The notes under the pieces were generated by a model. It saw only the letters and a program-made list of their open reading frames with translations, was not told the DNA's origin and searched no databases. Shown in pieces: positions 49,476-59,154 of a DNA stretch of 64,000 nt. The position numbers and the translations under genes are program-made. This DNA comes from Nannocystales bacterium (GTDB lineage: Bacteria > Myxococcota_A > Polyangia > Nannocystales > Nannocystaceae): contig JBOEGF010000005.1 in NCBI GenBank assembly GCA_050633305.1, positions 32,001 through 96,000 of the forward strand, written 5' to 3'. Numbering within the stretch: the first letter of the stretch is position 1; every line of letters starts with the position of its first letter.

Positions 49476-51452
49476 CTAGTCGTCGGACAGCAGGGAGGAG
49501 ATGCGCGCCAACAAGGAATCGAGCGAGAAGGGTTTCTCCAGGAAGGCGACGCCCTTGTCCAACACCCCGCCGTGCACGATGGTGTTCTGTGTGTAGCCTG
49601 AAACGTATAGAACCCGGGTTTCTGGCCGCTCTTGGGACAACGTCTCGGCGAGTTGCTTGCCCGTCATGTGGGGCATGACGACATCGGTCAGGAGCAGCTC
49701 GATCTTTCCATCATGGCCGCGGGCGAGCTTGAGCGCGGTGGGTCCATCTTCTGCCGCGAGAACGGTGTAGCCGCCCTTCTTGAGGAGACGGGTCGTGAGC
49801 CGCAACAGAAGAGGCTCGTCCTCCACGACTAGGATCGTTCCGCCGGTCCGCGCCGGAGCCGAATCCTGGGTCTGGGACTTCGTTGCGCCCCGTGCTTTGG
49901 AGCGCGGCCAGTAGATCTTGAAGCACGTCCCGGTGCCCTCTTCGCTGTATACCCAGATGTGGCCGCCGTTTTGGCGGACAGCACCGAACACGGTCGCGAG
50001 GCCCAGGCCGTTGCCCGAGTGACCCTTGGTGGTGAAGAACGGCTCGAACACCCGCTCCTGGGTCTCGGGCGGCATGCCAACGCCGGTATCGCTGACCGCG
50101 ATCATGACGTACTCACCCGCGACCACGTCGGCCCGCGTCGAGGCGTAGTGCTCGTCCAGGACGATGTTCTGTGCCTCGAGGGAGAGCGTGCCTCCGTTGG
50201 GCATGGCGTCCCGGGCGTTGACGACCAGGTTCAAGAGGATCTGGTCCAGCTGGGAGCGATCCACCTTGATGGACCACAGCTCTGGGTCCAGCTGGATGTC
50301 GACCAAGATGTCCTCGCCGAGCGTTCGGTGGAACAGCTTGACGAGTTCTTGCACCACACCGGAGATGTGAAGTGTGGTCGGTCGGATAATCTGCTGGCGC
50401 GCGAAGCTGAGGAGCTGGGTGCACAGTGCTGCGCCACGGTCGGAAGCGAGTCCAATCTGCGCAAGGTCGTCGCGCCGCTCGTCGACACTATCGAGCGAGT
50501 CCCTCACGAGCCGCGCATAGTTGTCGATGATGGTCAGCAGGTTGTTGAAATCGTGGGCGATGCCGCCCGCCAGGCGTCCAATCGACTCGAGCCGCTGGCT
50601 GCGGCGCAGCTGAGACTCGAGGTCGCGCATCGGTCGCAAGTCCCGCATCACGGCCGAGAGGTAGCGACACTTGCCGTCGGCGTCGCGGTGCGCCATCAGT
50701 GCCTGGGAGACGGGGATGACCGTGTCGCCTGGACCGCGTAGCTCGACTTCGGCTCGCCAGTGTCCATGCTCGATCGCCGAGGGCACCCCATCCTCGAGAA
50801 CCTCCCGCGCGGAGGCTTTGGTGAACACGTCGGCGAGATGCGGTGACGTGTCCGCGTCCTTGCTGAGTCCGCACAGCGCTCGGCCGGCAGGGTTGATGTA
50901 CTCCGGCGCGCCGTCGATGTGCCAAAGCCCGACGAAGTCAGGAGAGAGCTCTGACATTCGGCGGAATCGAGCGGCCCGCAGCTCCGCATTCTTGCGCTCC
51001 GTGACGTCGGGGAACACGACGACGCCGGCGACGAGTTCTCCTTCGTCGTCGTAGACGGGCGCAGCGTGACCGATCACCCAGCGTTCGTTCCCGTCCTCGT
51101 CGCGAATGATGACGTCATCGCCGTTGACCACCTCGCCACGGAGAAGTGCGCGCGACAGAGGGAGGTCTTCAGGGTTGTAGACGTCACCGTTGGGGTGAAA
51201 CGTCTGCCAGCGTGTTGGGTGGAGCTCGATGGGGATCTTGGTCAGCTCGTCAGAGCCGGACCCTCGGATACCGAGCGCGGCGGCGTTCCACTCTTCAATG
51301 ACCCCATCGGGGGCCGACGCTACGAGGATGCCAGCGGGTGACGCACGGATCGCGGCGCGAAGAATCGAGACTTCGCTCTCTCGTTCAGCGAGCTGGGCTT
51401 CGCGCTCGGCCAGCTGGGCGCGGAGTGCCTGGAGTTCATCGGCTGCGTCCAT
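49476..51452 (-). CDS. PAS-PAS hybrid histidine kinase with receiver domain
   Basis: AGGIAHDFNNLL, NLVVNARDAM, DTGVGM, FFTTK, GLGL; receiver LLLTDVVMP..KPF. Confidence 0.95.
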   Translation of the reverse strand: MDAADELQALRAQLAEREAQLAERESEVSILRAAIRASPAGILVASAPDGVIEEWNAAALGIRGSGSDELTKIPIELHPTRWQTFHPNGDVYNPEDLPLSRALLRGEVVNGDDVIIRDEDGNERWVIGHAAPVYDDEGELVAGVVVFPDVTERKNAELRAARFRRMSELSPDFVGLWHIDGAPEYINPAGRALCGLSKDADTSPHLADVFTKASAREVLEDGVPSAIEHGHWRAEVELRGPGDTVIPVSQALMAHRDADGKCRYLSAVMRDLRPMRDLESQLRRSQRLESIGRLAGGIAHDFNNLLTIIDNYARLVRDSLDSVDERRDDLAQIGLASDRGAALCTQLLSFARQQIIRPTTLHISGVVQELVKLFHRTLGEDILVDIQLDPELWSIKVDRSQLDQILLNLVVNARDAMPNGGTLSLEAQNIVLDEHYASTRADVVAGEYVMIAVSDTGVGMPPETQERVFEPFFTTKGHSGNGLGLATVFGAVRQNGGHIWVYSEEGTGTCFKIYWPRSKARGATKSQTQDSAPARTGGTILVVEDEPLLLRLTTRLLKKGGYTVLAAEDGPTALKLARGHDGKIELLLTDVVMPHMTGKQLAETLSQERPETRVLYVSGYTQNTIVHGGVLDKGVAFLEKPFSLDSLLARISSLLSDD

Positions 51453-51669
51453 TCTGAATCAAGACGTCGGTAGGGACGCCGTGAGTTTAGGGCGGCCCCC
51501 GGTTCGGATCAAGCGCCATGGACGCGGCGGAAGCGTGGAGCCGAGTCGCGGTGGGTCTTTGAAAGCGCGAACTCGCCGAGTTCCGAACGAGCCGGCTTGA
51601 ACATGGACCGGCTGAGTCCGGTCTGCAGATTCTCGTGATCCAAACCCACTCGAGCGCGAACCCCTAGTT

Positions 51670-52731
51670 GTGACCCGCTGGCGCTCTGTTCTTCCCCTGA
51701 CCTGCACTCTCATCGCCTGCTCCGCAACACCCCGAGATGAAAGCAGCTTTTCGGGGCCATCTGGGGTTCCCACCGGCGGGCTAAGTTCGGGAACCGGTGG
51801 GGAGGTGGACTCTGTTGGAACGTCGGGGGAGTTCAGCGGAAGCTCGGGCGAGGATGAGAGCTCGGGGGCGGCGGACGATCAGGACCCGATCTACGACGTG
51901 GGCAATGCAGGGGGTGGGGACAAACTGCCCCCATCTGAAGACGGATGCACGAAGGTCGACCTGCTGTTTGTGATCGACAATAGCGGGAGCATGGCAGGCG
52001 AGCAGGAGAACCTAGTGAACAGTGTTCCGGGGTTTATCTCGACCATGCGGGAGACGTTGATCGACGCCGACAGCTTGCACATCGGGGTGACCACGACCGA
52101 TGCAAACACTGGAAACGCGAGCCCGTGCAATGTCGATGGGGCTCTCGTCACCCGCACCTCGGGTGCGGACTCAAGTCAGACGACCTGCGGACCCTATGGG
52201 AGCGGCGGCCCATTCATGACCGAAGACGATGAGTTGGAGGTGGCGTTTGCCTGCGCGGCTCAAGTGGGAACCGAAGGCATTCCCTTTGAGCGACCGATGG
52301 ACACGTTGCGCGCCGCGATCACGCCGGGGATGAACGGGGCCGGCGAGTGCAATGACGGCTTCATCCGAGACGATGCTCTCTTGGTCGCGGTCGTCATTAC
52401 AGACGAGGAAGACCACCTCAGCAGCAACGTGATCCAGAACGGATCCGCCGACGAACCACCGAAGTGGTTCACCGACGTCGTGGCACTCAAAGGGGGCATC
52501 GAGGAGAACATCGTGCTGCTGTCCTTGGTCGGGAACCCCTCGCCGAGTGCATGCGACGGGCTCACCGGTGACGATGAAGGCGCACAGGTTGCGGACCGAC
52601 TGATCGAGTTTACGGAGATGTTCACGTACGGGACGACTGGGGACGTGTGCGCTCCCAGCTACGTGCCGTTCTTCGAAGAGGCTGTGTCCGTGATCGACTT
52701 GGCGTGCGACGGGTTTACCCCGGCGGGATAA
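51670..52731 (+). CDS. vWA (MIDAS) domain lipoprotein
   Basis: Lipobox LIAC; S/G stalk; VDLLFVIDNSGSM; VITDEED. Confidence 0.85.
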   Translation: MTRWRSVLPLTCTLIACSATPRDESSFSGPSGVPTGGLSSGTGGEVDSVGTSGEFSGSSGEDESSGAADDQDPIYDVGNAGGGDKLPPSEDGCTKVDLLFVIDNSGSMAGEQENLVNSVPGFISTMRETLIDADSLHIGVTTTDANTGNASPCNVDGALVTRTSGADSSQTTCGPYGSGGPFMTEDDELEVAFACAAQVGTEGIPFERPMDTLRAAITPGMNGAGECNDGFIRDDALLVAVVITDEEDHLSSNVIQNGSADEPPKWFTDVVALKGGIEENIVLLSLVGNPSPSACDGLTGDDEGAQVADRLIEFTEMFTYGTTGDVCAPSYVPFFEEAVSVIDLACDGFTPAG

Positions 52732-52811
52732 CGGGCAGTCTGATCACTCGGCGTGGTGAGGCCCAGGACCAGCGGGTTGCCGTGATGCTCAACACCCTAG
52801 AGCGTCGCCGA

Positions 52812-53090
52812 ATGCTTGCCCCACGTGGATTGCTCTTCCTCGCAACCTTGACGCTGGGGTGCGTCGAAAGCTCGGCGACCCCCGGGGCGGCGGGGGAATC
52901 CTCGGGCGGCACCGATCCAGGGACGACCGACCCCGGCGACCCCACTTCGGGTACGACTCGGGTGCACGGATGCCTGTCTCACGTCGGGACGTCCCGCGGC
53001 AGCCCTGGTGATATCTTGCCAACCGCGGACATGATTCGCGCCGCGGCGGCATGGAGCACTTGTGACCGAGCCCGACCCAAGGCTGCGTGA
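52812..53090 (+). pseudogene. Probable truncated lipoprotein remnant
   Basis: Signal peptide + lipobox TLGC + S/T/G/P stalk, then no recognisable domain; the frame runs into the sigma gene. Confidence 0.4.
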
Positions 53091-53637
53091 CGCCAAGCGG
53101 CTCCAGGAGATCGCAGCCGGAGAGCGTGAAGCCTTCGATGCGCTGCACCGAGAGCACTATCGCGCCGTCGTGCGACTGGCGATGGGGATTGTCGGAGACC
53201 CCGACGAAGCTCGCGACGTCGCCCAGGAGGTGTTCGTTCGCCTGCTCGAGGTGGCGCCGCGTTGGAAGCCGGAAGCCAAAGTCTCCACCTGGCTGCACCG
53301 AACGACGCTCAACGTTTCGCTGACGATGCGGCGCCGCGTGGTTCGATGGTGGAGCCGCTCCTCGCCGTACCTGCGACGGGATGTGGACCCGGAGCAAGCT
53401 GTGGCGCTCGGGCGGGCGGCGCAGGATCTCGATGGATTCCTACGCCTGCTCTCGCCGCGGCAACGCGCCGTCGTAACGCTTCATTTCGACCAGGGGTTCG
53501 CCCCGGCTGAGATCGCGGTCGAGCTGGAGATGACACCCAATGCAGCACGCCTCGCGCTCTCGAAGGGCCTTCGTGCCTTGCGGCGCGAAGCGGGAACTGC
53601 GGTGCGAGAGATCGTGGAAGAGGAAGCGGGAACATGA
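53062..53637 (+). CDS. ECF sigma factor
   Basis: GEREAFDAL, EARDVAQEVF, STWLHR, LSPRQRAVVTL..AEIAVEL. Confidence 0.93.
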   Translation: MTEPDPRLRDAKRLQEIAAGEREAFDALHREHYRAVVRLAMGIVGDPDEARDVAQEVFVRLLEVAPRWKPEAKVSTWLHRTTLNVSLTMRRRVVRWWSRSSPYLRRDVDPEQAVALGRAAQDLDGFLRLLSPRQRAVVTLHFDQGFAPAEIAVELEMTPNAARLALSKGLRALRREAGTAVREIVEEEAGT

Positions 53638-53915
53638 GCGAAGGTAGAGACGAGTTCCGAGCGTGGCTCGACGAGGGGACACCGGGCGAGGTGCAGCGGT
53701 CGGCGGATGCGGATCGGGTGTGGTCCCGTCGACGCCGCACCCGAGTCGGTGCCTGGGTTGTGGTCGCGGCCGCGTCGGTGTTGGTCGGCGTCTGGTTGAT
53801 GCGCGAGCCTCCGCGCGAGCTTCCCGAACCCGAGTTTGCGTCCCGGCTCGTGGTGTCCGTTGCGGACGACGAGGTCAGTATTGAAGTTGGCGTGCGAAGA
53901 AAGCGAGACCGATGA
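53634..53915 (+). CDS. Small single-TM putative anti-sigma factor
   Basis: ATGA-coupled to the sigma gene; RRRR followed by TM WVVVAAASVLVGVWL; short extracytoplasmic tail. Confidence 0.65.
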   Translation: MSEGRDEFRAWLDEGTPGEVQRSADADRVWSRRRRTRVGAWVVVAAASVLVGVWLMREPPRELPEPEFASRLVVSVADDEVSIEVGVRRKRDR

Positions 53916-54454
53916 TCGAGAAAATCACTCTGTTCACCCTGTTGTCCCTGTCTGTCAGCCCGTCCGCGAGTGATCCGCTCGCGTCCTTGCCGACCGATCG
54001 CATCGACCTCGAGCTCAAGGATGCTCCCATCGCAGATGTGATGCTCTTGGTCGGAGACATTATTCAGTCCGAGGTGGTGCTCGATCCTTGCGTATCAGGA
54101 ACGCTCTCCTTGAAACTGGAGTCCATCACCATTCGAACCTTCCTCGAGGTTGCGGCGGACACGTTGTCTCTGACGTACGATCGTACCGACGGTGGTGAGC
54201 TGCACGTTGGGTGTGAGGACGCGCCCGGTGCAGGAACCCGGGTCGACATGGCTGTTGTTCAGGCCCCGCTGCCGGAGGCTCTTGCGGTGTTGGCCGAGGC
54301 GGGCGGAACGAGTGTCGCCTCCGAGTCCTGTGATGACGTCGTCGTGGACCTCAGGGTCTCGAATGCCCCGGTTTCGGCGGTGGTGTCGGCAATCGCAGCG
54401 CAGGCGGATGCGTCTGTGGAGCGCACCCCGGATGGCCTGCGCTTGCGTTGCTGA
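53912..54454 (+). CDS. Secreted protein with two STN/secretin-N0-like domains
   Basis: Signal peptide; RIDLELKDAPIADVM..VVLDPCVSGTLSLKL..FLEV and a second copy RVDMAVVQAPLPEAL..VDLRVSNAPV; ATGA-coupled. Confidence 0.7.
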   Translation: MIEKITLFTLLSLSVSPSASDPLASLPTDRIDLELKDAPIADVMLLVGDIIQSEVVLDPCVSGTLSLKLESITIRTFLEVAADTLSLTYDRTDGGELHVGCEDAPGAGTRVDMAVVQAPLPEALAVLAEAGGTSVASESCDDVVVDLRVSNAPVSAVVSAIAAQADASVERTPDGLRLRC

Positions 54455-54473
54455 CCCCAGGACTCTCGCCGCG

Positions 54474-54965
54474 CTACTGCGCTTGCATGTCCGCGTAGAC
54501 CTTCCGCCACTGGGATGCGTCGTACACGAGGTGTGACTCCTTGATGACGCCGTCCTCGACCCGAAACCACTCGGTGGCTGGGTTGACTTCCACACCGGGG
54601 ATCGCGGACTTGAATATGTAGAATGCCGCCACCCACTCGCCGCTCTGTGCGACATGGAGGACGTCAAGACCGGTCAGCGACGCGCCGATGCTCTGCGCCA
54701 GGGGGATGAACTCTGCCTTGGAGTTGAGCTCGACCATCGGGTTCTTGAACTTGTAGTCGTCGGCCAGCAGGTCGAGGGACGTTTGGATGCGGGAGGGGTC
54801 GCTGAACCCGCTTAGGAACGTTCGGACGGTTTCTTCGTTGCTCATCGTGTCGTGGTCGGTGGCGGATTGCGGTCTCGCCGGTGTTGTTGGGGTGGGTTGG
54901 TGCGCGCAGCCGAGCGTGGTGAACATCGCCGCGGCCAGGACGAGGGTGATGGGTGGTGTTTTCAT
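54474..54965 (-). CDS. SnoaL/NTF2-like lipoprotein
   Basis: Lipobox TLGC; NEETVRTFL..LLADDYKF..EWFRVEDGVIKE..YD. Confidence 0.82.
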   Translation of the reverse strand: MKTPPITLVLAAAMFTTLGCAHQPTPTTPARPQSATDHDTMSNEETVRTFLSGFSDPSRIQTSLDLLADDYKFKNPMVELNSKAEFIPLAQSIGASLTGLDVLHVAQSGEWVAAFYIFKSAIPGVEVNPATEWFRVEDGVIKESHLVYDASQWRKVYADMQAQ

Positions 54966-55071
54966 GGTGATTCGTGGGTCGGCGCTCAACTCAGCGCGCA
55001 AGAGTCCGCCGTTCCGCGTGGTCGCGGGACGCTCCAACGGGGCATCGACGGGGGTTGTGGGCGCGGAGTCG

Positions 55072-55905
55072 CTAGCGCGCTTCCGCGACGCGGACGCAGA
55101 TCTCGGTGACGAGCTCGGCCTCTGGCGCGACGTCCGGGCCCGTCCGGTAGATCTCCAGAACGGGTTCGTTGTGGAGTTCGACTCCGCGGCGCGGCAGCCA
55201 CTTGCCGATCAACGCGACGTAGGTGTCGTTGATCGTCTCGTACGGACCGTGGTGAGTCGCCACCGCGTAGCGTCCCCCCGGAACGGTTCTCTCGGACATG
55301 CCCTCCGGGAGGTCGCCGAGGTTCGCCCCGGTCGTCGGGGCTGCGACACAGACGTCGTAGCGAATGCGGGCATCGTCGGTGACGTCGGGATCGTCGTAGC
55401 AGAGGCCGAAGTCGGGCGTGGCGCGTTGCGTGAGCCGTTGAGACTTGGCCCACTGCGTGAGGCGGTCCCAGTTCGAGAAGCATGCCTCGTAGGCACCGAT
55501 GTGCCGCAGCGCGATGACCCGCCGTGCTGGCTCGTGCCGGAGGACGATGGGGACATCCCGCAGCGCGCTCGCGACCTCCTCGCGGTACAGGGAGGGCGAC
55601 TTGCCGAAGTTTGCGGTGAAGGCCCGGGTGAACGCTTCATGGCTCGTGTAGCCCGCACTGAATGCGACTTCGGTGACGCTGGCGGGGCCATATTTGAGGT
55701 GCTGCGCGGCGCGCTCGAGCCGGAGCCGACGGACGTAGGCCATCACCGACTCGTCGGCGATCCCTCGGAATACTCGATGAAAGTGGTGCCGGGAGAAACC
55801 CGCGAGGTCGGCCAGGTGCTCGGGACGAAGGTCATCGTCGAGATGGTCCTGGATGTGGTCCACGACGCGCTGGATACGGTCGACCCATGGCTCACTCTCC
55901 GTCAT
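55072..55905 (-). CDS. AraC-family regulator with GyrI-like domain
   Basis: FSRHHFHRVF, RRLRLERAA, GYTSHEAFTRAF; YDDP..RYDVC, HHGPY. Confidence 0.93.
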   Translation of the reverse strand: MTESEPWVDRIQRVVDHIQDHLDDDLRPEHLADLAGFSRHHFHRVFRGIADESVMAYVRRLRLERAAQHLKYGPASVTEVAFSAGYTSHEAFTRAFTANFGKSPSLYREEVASALRDVPIVLRHEPARRVIALRHIGAYEACFSNWDRLTQWAKSQRLTQRATPDFGLCYDDPDVTDDARIRYDVCVAAPTTGANLGDLPEGMSERTVPGGRYAVATHHGPYETINDTYVALIGKWLPRRGVELHNEPVLEIYRTGPDVAPEAELVTEICVRVAEAR

Positions 55906-56187
55906 CGCCCTCCGATCCTATCGGATGCTCGCGAGGCCGCTTGACCGCGGGTGCTCTCCGAATGAGAAATCCCGGTTTTCCCCGCGCGATGAGCGGAGGG
56001 GGGTCGACAGCGCTATGGGCGATGGCAGACCGTGGACGGAGTCAGAAACCTGGAACCCGGCCGACTGTGGTCGCGCGGCAACACCAACCTGTTCGAGAGC
56101 GACTCCCTCGGCCCTTTGGGACCGTGCTGAGTCGTCGACAGACACACAACATGCGGAGGCGAATCGGAGTCCGAGCCGCGCAACCGC

Positions 56188-57225
<1,038 letters not shown>

Positions 57226-57247
57226 CAGGCGTACTTGTAGGTCGCGG

Positions 57248-57586
57248 TCACAGGTTGACGACCAAGGCTTTGAGCAGCGCAACTGCTCCAGGTTCGACGC
57301 AGTAGCAGATGCGAGGTCCATCGACGTCCCCTCGGATGAGCCCCGCCTCCTTCAACTGCTTGAGGTGCTGCGAGATCGTGGACTGCGCCAAGGGAAGCTC
57401 CTCGACGATGTCGCCGACGATGCATCCCTCATGGCGCACGAGCAGCCGAATGATCGCGACGCGGGCTGGGTGTGCGATCGCTTTGGCAAGTCGGGCGAGC
57501 TCCTCGTCGGCTTTGCGTGGGTCGCTCGGAACCGGTGGCATCGGTTCAGCCGGCGGACAGCAGGCTTGGTCGACGGACTTCTTCAT
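57248..57586 (-). CDS. arsR: ArsR/SmtB repressor
   Basis: [32 protein letters not shown]; Cys at ACC, GCI and ICYC; directly upstream of acr3. Confidence 0.92.
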   Translation of the reverse strand: MKKSVDQACCPPAEPMPPVPSDPRKADEELARLAKAIAHPARVAIIRLLVRHEGCIVGDIVEELPLAQSTISQHLKQLKEAGLIRGDVDGPRICYCVEPGAVALLKALVVNL

Positions 57587-57608
57587 GGGCGTCACCGCGA
57601 CTAAGCGT

Positions 57609-57644
57609 TCATCGTCGATATACGATGATTCTCCAAGATGTCAA
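57609..57644 (-). promoter_or_regulatory. ars promoter and ArsR operator
   Basis: Palindrome TCATCGT-cgatat-ACGATGA (57609-57628); minus strand TTGACA (57644-57639)-N16-TATATC overlapping it. Confidence 0.7.
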
Positions 57645-57716
57645 GGCGCCGTGGAGTGGTCCACGGCGCAGATGCAGACCTGGGACAACGGCGGCATGCG
57701 GCCCCCGTGCCCTCCT

Positions 57717-58910
57717 TTAGGCCGGAGGGCAGCCTTCGAGGATGTACAGCGAGGCCGGATCGGTGGCGTCGGTGCTGAAGTACAAGGTCCCGTCGTCGTA
57801 CTGCGCCCACAGCGGGTCATCGAGGTCGTCGTACATCGAGCCAACCTCGGTCGGGTTGGTCTTGTCAGTCAGATCGACCACGCGCAGCAGCGGAACGTCG
57901 GTGCTCGCCGTGGACGAGCCGAAGACGAACAATCGGTCGTTCTCTGCGTCGAGGGCGAGAAGGGTGGCGCGCTCGCCTTCGTAGGTGCCCACGAGGACGG
58001 GAGCTATCGGGTTGGACACGTCGAAGATCTGGACGCCGTCGTTGCCTCCGACGTAGACGAAGCCGCCCCCCGCGACCAGGTTGTCAGGACGTCCGGTGTC
58101 ATCGACGTCGGCCAGGGTTGTGGGGGTTGCAGGCGTGGAGACATCGATGCTCGTGAAGCTGAAGCCAGCCATGTACAAGGCACCGGACTCCATCACGACC
58201 GTGGAGCCGCCGATGTTCAAGTCGTTGTTGTCTTGCTGAAGGTCGTCGACGAGGGTGGTGGGTGTGCCGGGAGTGGTCACGTCGAGGACGGACAGCCCCG
58301 CGGCGGACGCGAGGTACAGCAGGTCTCCGTACAGAATGTCCTGGGTGTCGAGGTCTCCGTCGGTCCACAGCTCGGTCATGCTGGCCGGGTCGGTTGCGTC
58401 CACCATGAACGCGCCCCCGCCCCGCCGGCCACCCACGAGGAGGTCTCCGCGCATCGCGGCACGGTAGGTCGGGCCCCCGGCGGGGTCGAGGGTCCCGAGG
58501 ACAGAGACCGCCGCGGGGTCGGATACGTCGAGCATGGCGACACCGTCGCCTCGGATTGCCGCCGCCATCCGCCCCTGCGAAACGTGGAAGCCATCGATGT
58601 CGAACCGACCCACGGTTGTGACCCCCAGCTCCGCTGGCATCCCACAGCTGCGCGAGTTCCCGGTGGTCGAACTCGAGTCAGAACCCGTGTCGGGGTCGAT
58701 GCTGGTGCTGCCCGACGTGCCGTCCGATGTCGAGCTCTCTGTATCGGACGTGGACCCGGAAACGTCTGTGGTGGACGTGGTGAGCGCAGCACCCGTGCTT
58801 CCCGCGGTGGCGGTCTCGCTCCCGCCGCTTGGGGTGGCCTCCTCGTCGGTCGGGCAGCCGGTGAGGAGGGCAAGGGCGGTCAAGCATGTGCAAAGTCGCT
58901 GGTTCGGCAT
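57717..58910 (-). CDS. LVIVD-repeat beta-propeller lipoprotein
   Basis: Lipobox LTGC; S/T stalk; repeats GVAMLDVSDP, GLSVLDVTTP, GVQIFDVSNP, LRVVDLTDK. Confidence 0.88.
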   Translation of the reverse strand: MPNQRLCTCLTALALLTGCPTDEEATPSGGSETATAGSTGAALTTSTTDVSGSTSDTESSTSDGTSGSTSIDPDTGSDSSSTTGNSRSCGMPAELGVTTVGRFDIDGFHVSQGRMAAAIRGDGVAMLDVSDPAAVSVLGTLDPAGGPTYRAAMRGDLLVGGRRGGGAFMVDATDPASMTELWTDGDLDTQDILYGDLLYLASAAGLSVLDVTTPGTPTTLVDDLQQDNNDLNIGGSTVVMESGALYMAGFSFTSIDVSTPATPTTLADVDDTGRPDNLVAGGGFVYVGGNDGVQIFDVSNPIAPVLVGTYEGERATLLALDAENDRLFVFGSSTASTDVPLLRVVDLTDKTNPTEVGSMYDDLDDPLWAQYDDGTLYFSTDATDPASLYILEGCPPA

Positions 58911-59154
58911 CGAACTCTGAACGTTGCGCAGCTAGACCGACCAGCAACTTGTATTGGCTCGATTAAGCACCGGCCATCGTTTCGCACGGCGGCGAGGGGC
59001 ACAGCCTGGCGCTCCACAGGTCTTTCACAGCTGCCCGGGCGAGGCCTCCCGGATGCGGGGACCGCACGGTTGGGAGCCGCTCTCGAAGACCGGACCAATT
59101 TGGGGCACCGGCCCCGTTATCGCTGGGGCGTTGGCGGTCTACCATCGTGGAGGG

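Noticed and set aside
55990..56130. Possible arsC remnant or small ORF between the AraC gene and acr3
   Set aside because: No ArsC CxxNxxRS or HNPxC motif in the frames I read; the short + strand frame has no convincing start or recognisable similarity.
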